Origin: the human T2T-CHM13v2.0 reference genome, Homo sapiens
Assembly: GCF_009914755.1 (NCBI RefSeq)
Contig: NC_060946.1
Length of the DNA: 64,000 nucleotides
Strand: one strand, 5' to 3'
The position numbers were made by a program, and so were the translations under genes. Below the pieces are notes generated by a model. That model saw nothing but the letters and a program-made list of their open reading frames with translations, ran no database searches and was not told where the DNA came from. This document shows, piece by piece, positions 52,468-64,000 of the stretch (positions are counted from its first letter, which is position 1; each line of letters opens with the position of its first letter).

Positions 52468-55064
52468 AGGAAGCACAAACAGAAGCATCATTCTACAGCC
52501 AACAAAGAGTTCGTTTTAAAAATCACCATTATCTTTTCAGAGTGCTTCTGGAGTCTCCAAAGCAGAAATGACCGCATACATTTCAACAACATCTTTGCAA
52601 TCCTCCCTTTACATGAAGAAAGCAACTGAGAACCTAAAATGACTTGCGCATGGAAATTCAAACCTAAATATATCAAGAGTGTTCTTTGCCGAGGCCATGG
52701 CCTTGTAGAGTTACTGCAACACCGAGATAAAGTAGCCAGTGAGCACCCTACTTCCAGGGCATAGTCTGAAAAGATCTGTTTCAGACTGGAAAAAGCCGTG
52801 CACCTTCCTCTCTTCGATATGAAAATACGTGACGCGCCCGTGTTGCCTCCACTGACATACACCAAGCTCCATGTGGCTGGCAAGATATTACCCACCCGCT
52901 ACTCCCTGACTGACCCGTGAACACACCTCCACATGCTGCGGCTGAATCCCCCTGGTGTGGTTCACCCTTTAGGGAGAAAGGGCCCTGCAGATGGGGAGCC
53001 AGCCACTCTCTCCTCCAGGACCACTGGGCAGAGGCAGAGCCCCCCGCAGAGCACAGCCTCGGCACAGGGTCTTGGCTGCAAGTTTCTTACCTCCAGGCAG
53101 CATCTAAGGAGAAAGCCTTGGGGGAGCTGATAGAGAAGAAGCTGTTGGAGAATGGGAGGCAGGAATGCAAGTGGCCGCCCTGGTCCCGGGCGATGGAAGT
53201 GAAAAGCAAGAAGAGCAGGTGAGTGGGGTTGGCCTGGTGGGGCTCACGGTGGCCTCTTGACCTGAGGTTCTCGAAGCTCCAGGGACGAAGGACCCTGGGA
53301 CAATACCCCGGCCTTCTGTCTGCAGCCATGCAAACAGCAGGCACCTGCCCATGCCCTGCCGTGCATTGCATCCCCTCTCTCCTGCCCCAAGCAGCACAGC
53401 CTTAAAAAGCAAATAACCCACACTCGGGGCAGTTTCACCAGGTTTCAGGTTCTTTTAGAAAGTGGAATTGCTCCACAGGGCTCTAGTTTTAGGCATAAGC
53501 TGGCGCAGCCCCTGTGGCGGCGGACACGGCCCCTCCCCTCCTGGGCGGTTCCTGACCATGTCCAGACCCTGGGCCCCACCTTGGCCCTCGCTTGGCGCTG
53601 GGCATCTGTCTGCTGTAGCCCACAGAGGGCTGCATGCTTCCCATTGGTCATGGATGTTTGCAGCGCACATGTATTTTCTGTTCTCACTTTCTTCACGTCA
53701 TCTTGCATCCTAACTGTTTGGAGCAGAGAACACTCTCAAAGCCAGCAGGGCTCACAGCACCGTCTTGAATACAAGTTAGTTTTTAGTTGAATGTAACAAG
53801 CAGTGGAGTGTCCAGACTGTTTAAAGGTGACAAGCAGCACAGCCGAGACTCCCGGGGACTGTCCCAAAAGAAAGAGAAGAAATGGGAGACAGTAAATAGA
53901 AAACAAAATAGGGCGAGACCCAAACCATGCACTTCTATTACCAAAATACAACTAAAAGGCACACTCTCCCACTTAGAGAGAAAAGATGAACCCACTGAGT
54001 GAAATCAGACAGAAAATGTCACCGATGCCATGGGCGAGGGGACGTGCCAGGTGGAGGCTCCGGGCAGCTGCGTCAGGGCCCCACATGGCCGCTTTGCCCT
54101 GGGGAAGTCACCTGTTCTCTGTGCCTCGATTTCCACATAAGGAAAACAGGAGTCACAGTAATGACGATCATGTTTATCCATATCATATCACAACTCAGAG
54201 GAACCGCAGGGGTGTCACGCGTTAATGTGGGTGAGGTTCCTGGTCTGGGGCCTGGAGCCGGCTCTGGAGGCACCTGTGCTGTCGGTGGGGTTCGGCCCCT
54301 GCGCTGTGGGTGTCAATCACGCCGATATCCTGAGCTGCTGCAGAGGCAGCCAGAGCCCAAACCACAGAGGAAACCTGAGGGGCAGAGAGCAAGCGGCGGC
54401 AACTCAGCGCGGCAGAAACCGACGCGCAGAAAAGCCGGAGCCACCTGGTGTGATGTCAAATGACACCCACGGCAAACTGTGCCAAATGGGGAAAGAGACT
54501 CTTAGGGTGACATGAGGATCCATTCAAACCAAGGTACAACCACTGCAGGTCTTTGTAGGCTGAGACACAACGTGGAGAATCCACAATTAAACCTTCAGGA
54601 AGTGTGAGGAGCCATGAGGAACCGGCTCTCAGGAGGGAGGGACGTAAGGTGTCCCCTCAGCCTGGCAGCTGGAACAAGCTAAAAGTGAACAAGGAGAAAA
54701 TCAAAACACGGGGAAACCGCTCACCTGCGGCACGGAGGAGACGCACTAGAACCTTCCAGTGCAAAAGCCCGGTGTCTGCATCGATTTGCAGTATCCTTAG
54801 GACACATAAAACCATGTATCCTACCCATAAAATGAGGAAATGTCAATCAATACCTCCGATAAACATCTACAAACGTGAAACCCTATTGGCAGCTTTCTCC
54901 GAGCAGGATTTAGCAACACACAAAATTGTACCACCTTAGAGCTTCTCTCTGGAGCTTCTTAAAATGCAAGGATGCTCATAGTGTTTGCCAAGCACCCCAG
55001 AGGGTGCAGGGAGAGCCCCTGCCATCCCCAAGGGGAGGAAGAGGCCACAGCTGTCATGCTTTGT

Positions 55065-55350
55065 GGTCAGACCTGAATTCAAGCCCTAACAGTGACCCTA
55101 ATGAGCTGGGGAACCAGCTAGCTAGTCCCTCATCCGAAAATGGGGTGGCAGCAGTTAGCTAGTCCCTCATCTGAAAATGGGGTGGCAGCAGTTAGCTAGT
55201 CCCTCATCTGAAAATGGGGTGGCACCAGCTAGCTAGTCCCTCATCCGAAAATGGGGTGGCACCAGCTAGCTATTCCCTCATCCGAAAATGGGGTGGCACT
55301 GGTGCCTCCCTTGCAAAATGGTGCAAGCGAAATGAGATTGTGCATCTGCT
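55065..55350 (+). mobile_element. MIR relic
   Basis: GTCAGACCTGAATTCAAG, CCTCATCTGAAAATGGGG (MIR core) and AAATGAGAT..TGCAT. Confidence 0.65.
55115..55299. repeat. 37-bp tandem repeat, 5 copies, derived from the MIR core
   Basis: CAGYTAGCTAGTCCCTCATCYGAAAATGGGGTGGCAS at 55115, 55152, 55189, 55226 and 55263. Confidence 0.95.
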
Positions 55351-56559
55351 TCAGTGCCGGCCGCTGCTCGCTATCAATAAATAAATCATTCACTCTGAGT
55401 AAATTGTGAGCCCCGGAAGGAAGGTGGTCTCGTCTCCCTCTGAATGTGTGAGCAGCGCACAGTCAGTGCATCCTGAACATGTGGGTCAGCGCCTGAGTTC
55501 TGGAAATGAATTAAGCCCCTCACTGATAATAGGGCGGTCCCGGCCATTCCTGGTTTAAGATTGTTTGTTTGTTTGTTTGTTTCCACTTAAATTTGAAACC
55601 AAGTTCCTCTCTCATCCATTTTTAATCTCTTTGGCTGTGAAGAAAACCATGTTAACGGTTCCTCATTTAATAAGAAAGGTGTAACAGCTGTTCCTTCCAC
55701 CTGCGTTTCCTTCCATTTCAGCTCCAACTCACACATCACAGACACCTGGCAGAAACTTGGAGAGCTGAAGTTGGATTAATATTTCTGCTGCATCTAATTG
55801 AAGCCGTTCTTCTCCCGGCAGGGAAGAGGAAGGGCTGTGGGACTCGGTGCATGGACCCAGATGCGGGTGGGGCAGACCTCAGGGCCCAGGGGTGAGAGGG
55901 AGCAGCAGGAGATGCAAACACCCTTGAGAGGGGAAACCAGGGCCCAGGGGCGCTTTCTCTCAGCCTGGGTCCTGGCTGCAGCCCGGACAGTCACACGGTC
56001 AGTCTAGGGTGACCCCATCCCTGGGCCGGGGCTGACCGGTCATCAGCGAAAGCACCCTCCGTGCTGTGAGTCCCAGGGGTGCTGGCGGGCACTGGAGAGA
56101 AAAGAAACCTCGCTGGACTGGAGACAAAGAACCTTCCCTGCGCCTCCCTGGGCTGCTTTCTTCTCCAGCCGCCCTGAAATTCTTTCCTCCGAAAACAGAG
56201 CTCAGAGACCTTCCCACCCACTGCACAGAGGCCTGGGGAGACGGCCCAGGCGCTGCCTGTGTCCCCACCACAGACCCCTTGTCGATGCTGGCAGGGAGAT
56301 TCAGGAGAATAAACAAACGCGCCGAGCATCTCCTGTTCTCCTTGGTACCACCAGCCTCCAAGACGTCTTCCAGCCAGGGCAGGCTCAGGCCCAGCCAAGC
56401 AAGAGGAACCCTGACTTGTCAACCTCGGAGCCAGGAAAGGCGGGGACCACAGGCCTCCCGAGGAGGGCCTCTCCAGGCAGCTCGAAGGACCTCAGATGAC
56501 GCAGGCTCTCGTGTCAGGGCGCACAGCCATGTGATGACTCCACATTCACTCAGTGCTCA

Positions 56560-56780
56560 GCACAGAGTCACTGCGAGGCGGCGTGAGTCTGTGTGACATC
56601 AGCGTGTTTAGTGCATGACATCAGCATGTTTAGCACAGAGTCACTGGGAGACAGTGTGAGTCTGTGTGACATCAGCGTGCTTAGTGTATGACATCAGCGT
56701 GTTTAGTGCATGACATCAGCGTGCTTGGCACAGAGTCACTGGAAGGTGGCATGAGTCTGCGTGACGTCAGCATGTTTGCA
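56560..56780. repeat. Composite tandem repeat with a 22-bp subunit nested in a longer unit
   Basis: GCACAGAGTCACTG...TGAGTCTG three times, interleaved with TGACATCAGCRTGYTTAGTGYA subunits. Confidence 0.88.
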
Positions 56781-59700
56781 CTCAGAAAGGTTCTCTCGGT
56801 GTTTGTGCTGCTCTGTGTGATCTGCTGATTGGTTAATGTGAACAGGATGTGCCTGAATGCTGCAGGGGCAGCAAGGTGAGCCCTGGGCTCTGTCCTCTCT
56901 GCTAATGGGAGACCTGAGGAGGAAGCACCCACTCCAGCCAGAGGCAACACTCACTGGCCCGGGGACGCGGGCAGGGCCAGAAATGCAGGTGCACCCACTG
57001 CTCTCGTGGGCCCCAGGTTGAACTGTCTGGTGGGAAGGCCGGAGTTTGGGGTGGTGATGCAGGGGGTTGTGGCCCAGCTGTTGGGGCACGGCCATGGGCC
57101 AAGCCTCAGTGGTGTGAGGATCAGGAGGGCGTGCGACAAGCCTGGGACTGGCCTCCAGATGGCGCCTGGGTGGTCCCACGCCTCGGCGACAACAAGGACC
57201 TGCCTTTGATGAAGAGCAGAGGGAGGTGAAGAGCACAGAAGCTGGCAAGCCAGGGAGCAGTGGTGGCAGGGGCACCTCCCCTCTCCAGACACTGGGCCAC
57301 CCAGCCACTGAGAGGATAGCGATCACCCCGGCCACCCTTCCCGAGGTGGGGTGGGAAGAACACAGGAGGGGAAGCGAGGTCCATGATTTTTTCTTTCAGG
57401 TCAGTGATTTAGCACCAACTGTGTGCAGGCCTCAGATGAGGCACGAGGGGCACCCAGAGGAGGAGGCCTGTTCTCTGCCATCCCGGGGCACCCAGCCCAG
57501 CTTCTCTGCCATCCCAGGGCTCTCAGCCCAGCCAGCCCCTCACCTCCCGTGCCCACCCCTCCAGGCCCGCCCTCCCCAGCCCAGGCCAGCAGGTGGGCAC
57601 CTCCATCTCTGGATTTCTGCAGAGGGAGGCATGGCTCCTGTATCCATGGGGCCCCGAATCCCCTGGCTCCCACCCCTGACTGAGAAGCAGAAGGACTGGG
57701 CGGCGTTGGTCGGTTTCCGCAAACACCGGTTCCAGAGCTTCCGCTGTGCGGATTCTGTTCCTGGGTCGGGTGAGACGGAGAATCTTCCACAGCAGCTGCC
57801 ACCAACCCATGTCCATCAGGTCTGGGAACCCACCCAGGGCCCCATGCTCCACATAGTGACAAACTTTTGACAAACTGGGCCTAATTGGTTGTTGTTGTTT
57901 TTCCATTTTTTTTAAAAGGAACCAAGGGTCTGTAAAGAGAACTCCCATAGGGTAGATTTTAAAGTGGCTTCAGTTGAGAAATGCAAAATAAAGTGTTTTG
58001 TCTCTTTTTTGCTTACATTTGGAACATGATCAAGGCTGTCCGAGGCTGTCTGACCTCGCCTTAAAGCCGAGGGAGGAAAGCCAGCACCTGGATGCCACTG
58101 GCCCCGCCTGTGGGAGCTGGAGCCTCGTCGGGGGTGAATGAGGCCAGGGAGGTGGACACAGAAAGACTCTGCCTAGCCAGGTCTCTGGGATTCTGGGTGC
58201 CTGGACTTTGGAGCTCCGGGGAGCCAGCTTGCAGCTCCTCTGGTACCAAAAACAGAGGTGGCTGGAGGGACCCCTGGGAACCCACGTTTCTGCATGGCTG
58301 GGGTCCTTCCCAGCAAAGACCCTGCCCCCAGCCCCACCCTGGACCCTCTGCCCAGATGGTCGCCCTGGCCTTCCTCGCCCTCAGAGGACGACGGTTGCCT
58401 GTCAGGAGGTCTTCAGAGATGCAACACGCTTCCCCCGTTTAGCTTCCTGGGAGACATATTAGCAAAAAAATGTCTATGAGACAAGTTACAAACAATCTGT
58501 CTTTCTAAGAAGAATAATTAATCGAATACCAAATAGGAAGCACCAGAGTTCTGAATAAATGGAGAGACAGTTAGAAGAGCAAAACATTATCATTTGTCCA
58601 GCATAATTATTTTCTGGGAAACAGTCGGTGATTAATAAGGTGCATTATAAATACGCTTTTGTGGTCACGTTTCCTCTCTCCCGTCTAATTAACATGCTGG
58701 GGAATTGCTCTTTCGGTGGGGAAAGACATTTAAAATATATATTTCATGAAATCTGAGTTATCTGTCATAAGCTCCAAGAGGAACAAATAAAATATGGAGA
58801 ATTCTACAGTCGTTTAAATACTTTATTACATGGCTGTGTGTCAAATAAATTAGTTCTTGTGGTTCTGCAGGTGACAACAGAAAATTGTGGGCTGCAGGAC
58901 CCCGAGGGTGGTGGGACACGCTCTGCCAGTCCCTGGACCCAGCATCTGCTTCCTTCGCAACCCATGGGTTCAGTCCAAGCAACACACACAGCCGACAAGA
59001 CCCGGTTCCCGTGTGCGGACAGAACTCCTCCAAGACCAAGTCCCTCCCCGGGTCAACACGCCCGCCCCATAGAGCCTGGGGAAATGCCACCACCTGTCCC
59101 CCACGGGTGGGGAAACTGAGTCAGAGCTGTGCTTTATCACTCCCACACAGAGAGGAAAGAGGGATTGGAAAAATAGATGGTGAGTGGCCCGTCTGCAAGA
59201 GATGCACAGCGATGCTTCTGCAGATAAGCCAGGCCAGGGAAGGATGTGGTTCAACACCATGGAAAGATCGGGGATTTGGGGGACACCTCAGGTTTAACTA
59301 CAGGGGAACTACTGTTTAATTGACTTAGGTGAAGGAATTTTACCTATTTGAGTGATTCGAAATCGGGGAGGGCCCCTCTGTGAGCTCCCCCTCGTCGGGG
59401 CTCAGTGGCAGAGCCCCGGTTTCTGCCGCAAACACCTCTCACTGCCCTCCACACAACACATAGCTCCCTCCTCCTCCTCACAGAGTGCCTCACACAGGGC
59501 CTACCCAGCGGAGGAAAGAGAGTCTCAGCTGCCCCGGAGCCCGTTCCTCACCAAGACCCGTGCAGGTCTGCGTAGTGACTCCAGCAACAAGATGTGTGTA
59601 GGATCCGGCCACCCCAGTGCAGTTCCTCAAGGATCTTAAGAGAAACCCAAGAAGAACATGCCCTGGCTGATCCTCCTGCCTTTGGATATTTTAATGGGAT

Positions 59701-61635
59701 ATGAGCCCCGGGGCTGCTGCAGCCACCTTGAGCACACGAGGGGTTTGGCCGTGGGAGAGGCTGCTGTGCTGGGGGCAGGAGATGGGTGCCCTGGAGACAC
59801 CTGTGTGAGGGAGGGTGGCCATGTGGGGCCTGGGGCCAGCGGGGCCTCCTTGCCTCTTTACCCCCTCCCTTTGTCCCTCCCTCCATGGCCATCCTTCTTC
59901 TCTTCCCACTCTCACGCGTCCCGTGGATCCGGCCCCTCTTTGTCCCCAAACTCACCCCCATGACCTGGCAGTCCAGCGGGACACAGGCCCAGGCAAGCCC
60001 AAGCTCAGCCATGCCTCCCAGCAGCCTGAGGCCCGAGCAGGGTCTGTGATGAGCAGAGGCCGCAGACGGCAGTGCTGGGGCCGGGAATTCTCCCTGTGGG
60101 CTCTGCCCTCCGGCGTGACCAGTGCATGTGTCTGTGCTGGAGGTCGGGGCCCTTGAGATGAGACACTGAATGCTCCCTGCTCTGCCCGGCTCCCGGCGGC
60201 AGGTGGAGCGTCCAGCGCACACAGGGTCTGCACAGCCAGGCGTTTCTTCCCCACCTCGCATCTCTCCTGGGGCAGTGTTCCATGTTATTTTGTCTGAAAC
60301 AGGGTTCTTAGGCTCCCTAAAAAACACCCAGAGAAGACCTCATCACTTCACAACCTCAGATCCAAAAAATTCCCATAGCTTTGGTTCTGTTCTGATGGAA
60401 AACCCTGATGCTGACCTCCACCAGAACCTTCACAAAATGGGATGGAACCAAGAGATTTACTTCTGTCCACGTTGTTAAGCGGTTCCTCGCAGGGAGGGCT
60501 CTGATGGGAGATTAGTCTGTTGCAAACATCAGAACAGCTTTGAAGGTGCAGTGGGGCGGGGGAGGCTGCAGGGCGAGGCTGGGGAGGCTGCAGGTGGGCA
60601 GTCGTGCTCGGGGTAGGGAAGGAGCCTGGCGGCCTTGCAGCCTCCGCGCTCTCAGGAAGCAGCCCCCACCCTGGGACCTTCACCCCGGAGATGGCAGACT
60701 GAATCCGCACCTCATTTGTTGGCGGTTAGCAGATTTCCCAGAAAGTTCTCGTGGGAAAAGCCAAACCGCCGCTTCTGTTCCATAGCTGCACCAAGTCAGC
60801 CCCTCTCTATTCACAAGAAAGCGTTTCAAAGGCTTCAGAGCAAATTCGTGTCGCAAAACAGAAAGTGCCTCTGGGAAGAGCTCAGGGCTGCTCTGAGGGT
60901 TCCTGCAGCAATGGCCCTTCATCAAGCCACAGAGCTTTCCGCTCCCTAAAAGGCATCCCCGGGCCATTCCTCAAGGAGGGTCCCACGCCACGTGCTCCTG
61001 GCTGGCCTGGAAGTGGAGCCAGGCCCCTGCCTGCAGGTAAGGGATGCCCCAGACCTGCTCCCTGCACGTGGTGCCTGGACGTGGACCTGGGGGGGTCTCT
61101 CCATCGGTCTAGAGTGGGGCATCCAGACCCCGGCGTGGACTCAAGCTCTGCTGGAAGGAGGCTCATTGTCTTTCAGGATCCTGCGGCCGGAGGCCAGGGC
61201 TGCCCACAGCAGAGATCCAGAGAGCACTGAGTCCACACACGGGAGGAGACTGGGAGGGGAGGGATGGGCAAAGCCTCACAGGCCCATGAGATGCACAGCT
61301 GCAGGATGACATGCGTGGCTGTGGGGAGATGCACGGCTGCAGGACAATGTGCACGGCTGCCAAACGAGGCCACATAGCGTCCACCTGACCAGCCCCCACC
61401 ACCTACTGAGGAAGACAGAGAAGCTGCAAGAAGGGAATGAATGTTTCCAATGCCCCTGCTAGAAAGATCCTCTCATGCCCTAATCTGAAAAGTCAGGGAG
61501 AACTGTTCCTAGCTTTATTTTATTGTCAAAATGTATTCTCCAAGGTTGCTTTCACAAGTAGCCATTTCCTGGGGACACAGTGGGGGATGTGGAACCAGAA
61601 GGAGATGGCATGGGAAGGTGATCCCAGCACACCTG

Positions 61636-62523
61636 CGTAAACCAGAAATAAAATCCTAAGATCCCAACCAACCGAATGGATCCCTCCTCTCAGCCAAGGG
61701 GATTCCAAAGTAAGCCTGAAACACTAGTTCAGGCCATGCCTCATTCTACCCTCCTCCCTTTGGAAAGTCAGGCACAGGTGGCCGGCATTCACATTGAAAC
61801 GAGGACCTTAAGACTGAAAAAACAGACTCTTTTAGCAATGAGGTACCAATTCCAACCTAACTAACATGATCACGTGACAGACAGCAGGCCCTGAAAAAAC
61901 TCAAAGTATTTTACCCCAAAATATATTTCTTTGACATATTTGGAAATGGCCCCACAAAGTGGTCTCTCATGGGGAAAATCTGTGTTCTGTAAAGAATCCC
62001 CTTCCCTTTCCAGAAAGATCCCCTCCCGTCATCTAATTTTCCTGATGGAGGAGAGATTAACCAAGTCTGACACCTTTTTTAGGTCTGATAAGAGACATTT
62101 GCCCTCTATTCCCTTTGAAGCCTGTTCCCTGGAGACTTCATCGACATAATAAGAACCTTGGTCTCCACAACCCCTTATCTTTACCCAGACATTCCTTTCT
62201 TTCTATTGATTCCAGATCTTTACATAATAACTCCTTCAACCAACTGCCAATCAGAAAATCTCTGAGTCCACCTATGACCTGGAAGCTTCTACTTCAAGCT
62301 GTCCTGCCTTTCCAGAGCTAACCAATGTACACCTTGCATGCATTGATTGATGTCTGCCTGTAACTTCTGTCCCCTAAAATACATGAAACCAACCTGTGAC
62401 CCAGCCACATTGGGCACATGACCTCAGGGCCTCTTGAGACTGTGCCTCAGGCCCTGGTCACACGTACTTGGCTCAGAATAAATCCCTTCAAATATTTTAG
62501 AGTTTGTCTCTTTTTCACTGACA
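61636..62523 (+). mobile_element. ERV1 MER4 (D/E-like) solo LTR, near complete
   Basis: Starts GTAAACCAGAAATAAAATCCTAAG; contains TTTTACCCCAAAATATATTTCTTTGACATATTT; ends TGGCTCAGAATAAATCCCTTCAAATATTTTA...TGACA. Confidence 0.85.
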
Positions 62524-62939
62524 CAGGGCACGGGATTGTCGTCTAATTACAAGTTCCTTGATCCATGTCCTAAAAATGAGCCCATGAATTTTTCCCTCCT
62601 TCATTCTGAAATCCATCATCACTCAATGCAAAGAAGTGGGAAGTGTCATCCCATAGAATGTGAAGGCCTTTTCCTTCCCGTACAGGTCAGGACCAAAGCC
62701 ACTACGACCAGTATGTATCTATAGACCAGCAGAAAGCTTCCCATTTCCACCTAAGTGTCTGACCAATAGCTATGAGTGGCTTTTGAAACTCTATCCTTAA
62801 AATAAATAATAATAATCCCATCTAGCTGACGAGGAAGTTCTCCCAAACCCCTGCTTCCCACTCCAAGTGTCTTTAGAGGGAGCATCTCCTCCATCATAGT
62901 GTCTGCTGCTCACTCACAGGTGGGTCTGGCCTTCCCAGC

Positions 62940-63195
62940 TGTGATGCATTTGAATCAGTGGATGGCTCAAACAGAGGGCCCTCCCTGGCGTGGGTGGGTC
63001 CCGTCCAATCTTTAGAAGAGGCCTCCCCAGAACAAAAGGGAGGAGTAAGGGAGAATTCACTCTCCCAGCCTGACTGTTCTCAGGCTGGGACTTCAGCCTT
63101 CTCCTGCCCTCGGACTGGACCTTATTCCATTGTTCTTCTGGGACTTCCTCTTGCCACTGGCCGGTCTGCTCCTCTGGAGAGCCTTGATTCCTACA
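62940..63195 (+). mobile_element. ERVL LTR fragment (MLT2-like)
   Basis: CATTTGAATCAGTGGA..GCCCTCCC..GTGGGTGGG..CCAATC..AGAACAAAAGG..GGGAGAATTC...CTCTGGAGAGCCTTGA. Confidence 0.65.
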
Positions 63196-64000
63196 GGGAA
63201 CTTGCAGCTGAAACTGCCCTCTAAAGACAAACATACATCACAGCTTCAGTGAGTCTGAGTCACTTGTACATGGTGTTTAAAACCTGTTTCCTGTCCAGAA
63301 GCGTCTGACCTCATACCCTGTGTCTCCGTCCACAGGAGAGGACACCCAGTGTCCAGGCAGACGCCCGGGGGCAGCTCTCATTCTGAGAATGACTTCCACC
63401 AGGAAGGATCGGTGAACCGGCCTCTAGGGGACACAGGGCCGTCTTGTGGGAATAGAATGTACCAGTGAGATGTAACTGCACCTTCCCATTGTAAGGGCCT
63501 GGGGAGGCCCAGCCCACAGATGTTGCCATGTCTGTGCCATTTGTCTTTGGGTAAGAGCTTCTCTCCCTGCTGGCATCTCAGAAGGGAACCCAAGGGCACC
63601 CCTTCAAGTGGCAGAAACTTCCGGGAGTAAAATGAAAGCACAGAGCACCTTCCAGCCACTGCACCCTTCACCTGTGTCAATCTCCACCTCACCCTGGACA
63701 GGAAACGTAGTTCCAGAGCGGGGGAGCGGTCTCTGAGACACACATGGATGGCCCAATGGCTCTTCCCAGGCCTGCGAGGGGCATCTTCCCATGTGAAGGT
63801 GCCTGGCCTAGCTTCCCCACTGAAGGCACAATGCATCTTCAGGAGGAAATCCACGGCCCCCTTGAAGCCAAGAGGAGCTCACCGCTCCAGGCAGCAGAAG
63901 TCAGAGACTGCAGGAGGCCTCCCCTACAGATGTCCCTCAGGGCAGAGAATTTGGAGACCAAAAGAGAATTTGTTCAATCCAGGAGAGAAACAGGTTTCTG

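Noticed and set aside
52763-52787. Perfect 9-bp hairpin AGTCTGAAA/TTTCAGACT
   Set aside because: About two such stems are expected by chance in 64 kb; too short for a pre-miRNA.

Overview
Primate, most likely human, genomic DNA: it carries AluJ/S/Y elements, MaLR, ERV1 and ERVL LTRs, and L1M, L2 and MIR relics. It is GC-rich and dense in minisatellites, resembling a subtelomeric or distal chromosome-arm intergenic or intronic region. I cannot name the locus; a BLAT search would settle it. I can support no protein-coding gene, RNA gene, intact retroelement ORF or CRISPR array, and the supplied ORFs are explained by high GC, repeats or low complexity. I see no demonstrable new biological system. 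The best leads are: (1) an orphan CpG island with a consensus splice donor that can join in frame to a downstream acceptor, giving a hypothetical 106-aa two-exon ORF; (2) many 37-108-bp tandem repeats, several born inside old transposons, one with a 5-unit higher-order duplication; (3) tandem repeats that multiply transcription-factor motifs (STAT GAS, CRE-like, p53/p63-like); (4) a perfect ERE, a perfect PRDM9 13-mer beside a tandem array, and AT-rich enhancer-like islands; (5) a ~290-bp AT-rich patch lacking normal CpG depletion. Repeat subfamily names come from remembered consensus sequences, their boundaries are approximate, and all counts were made by hand.
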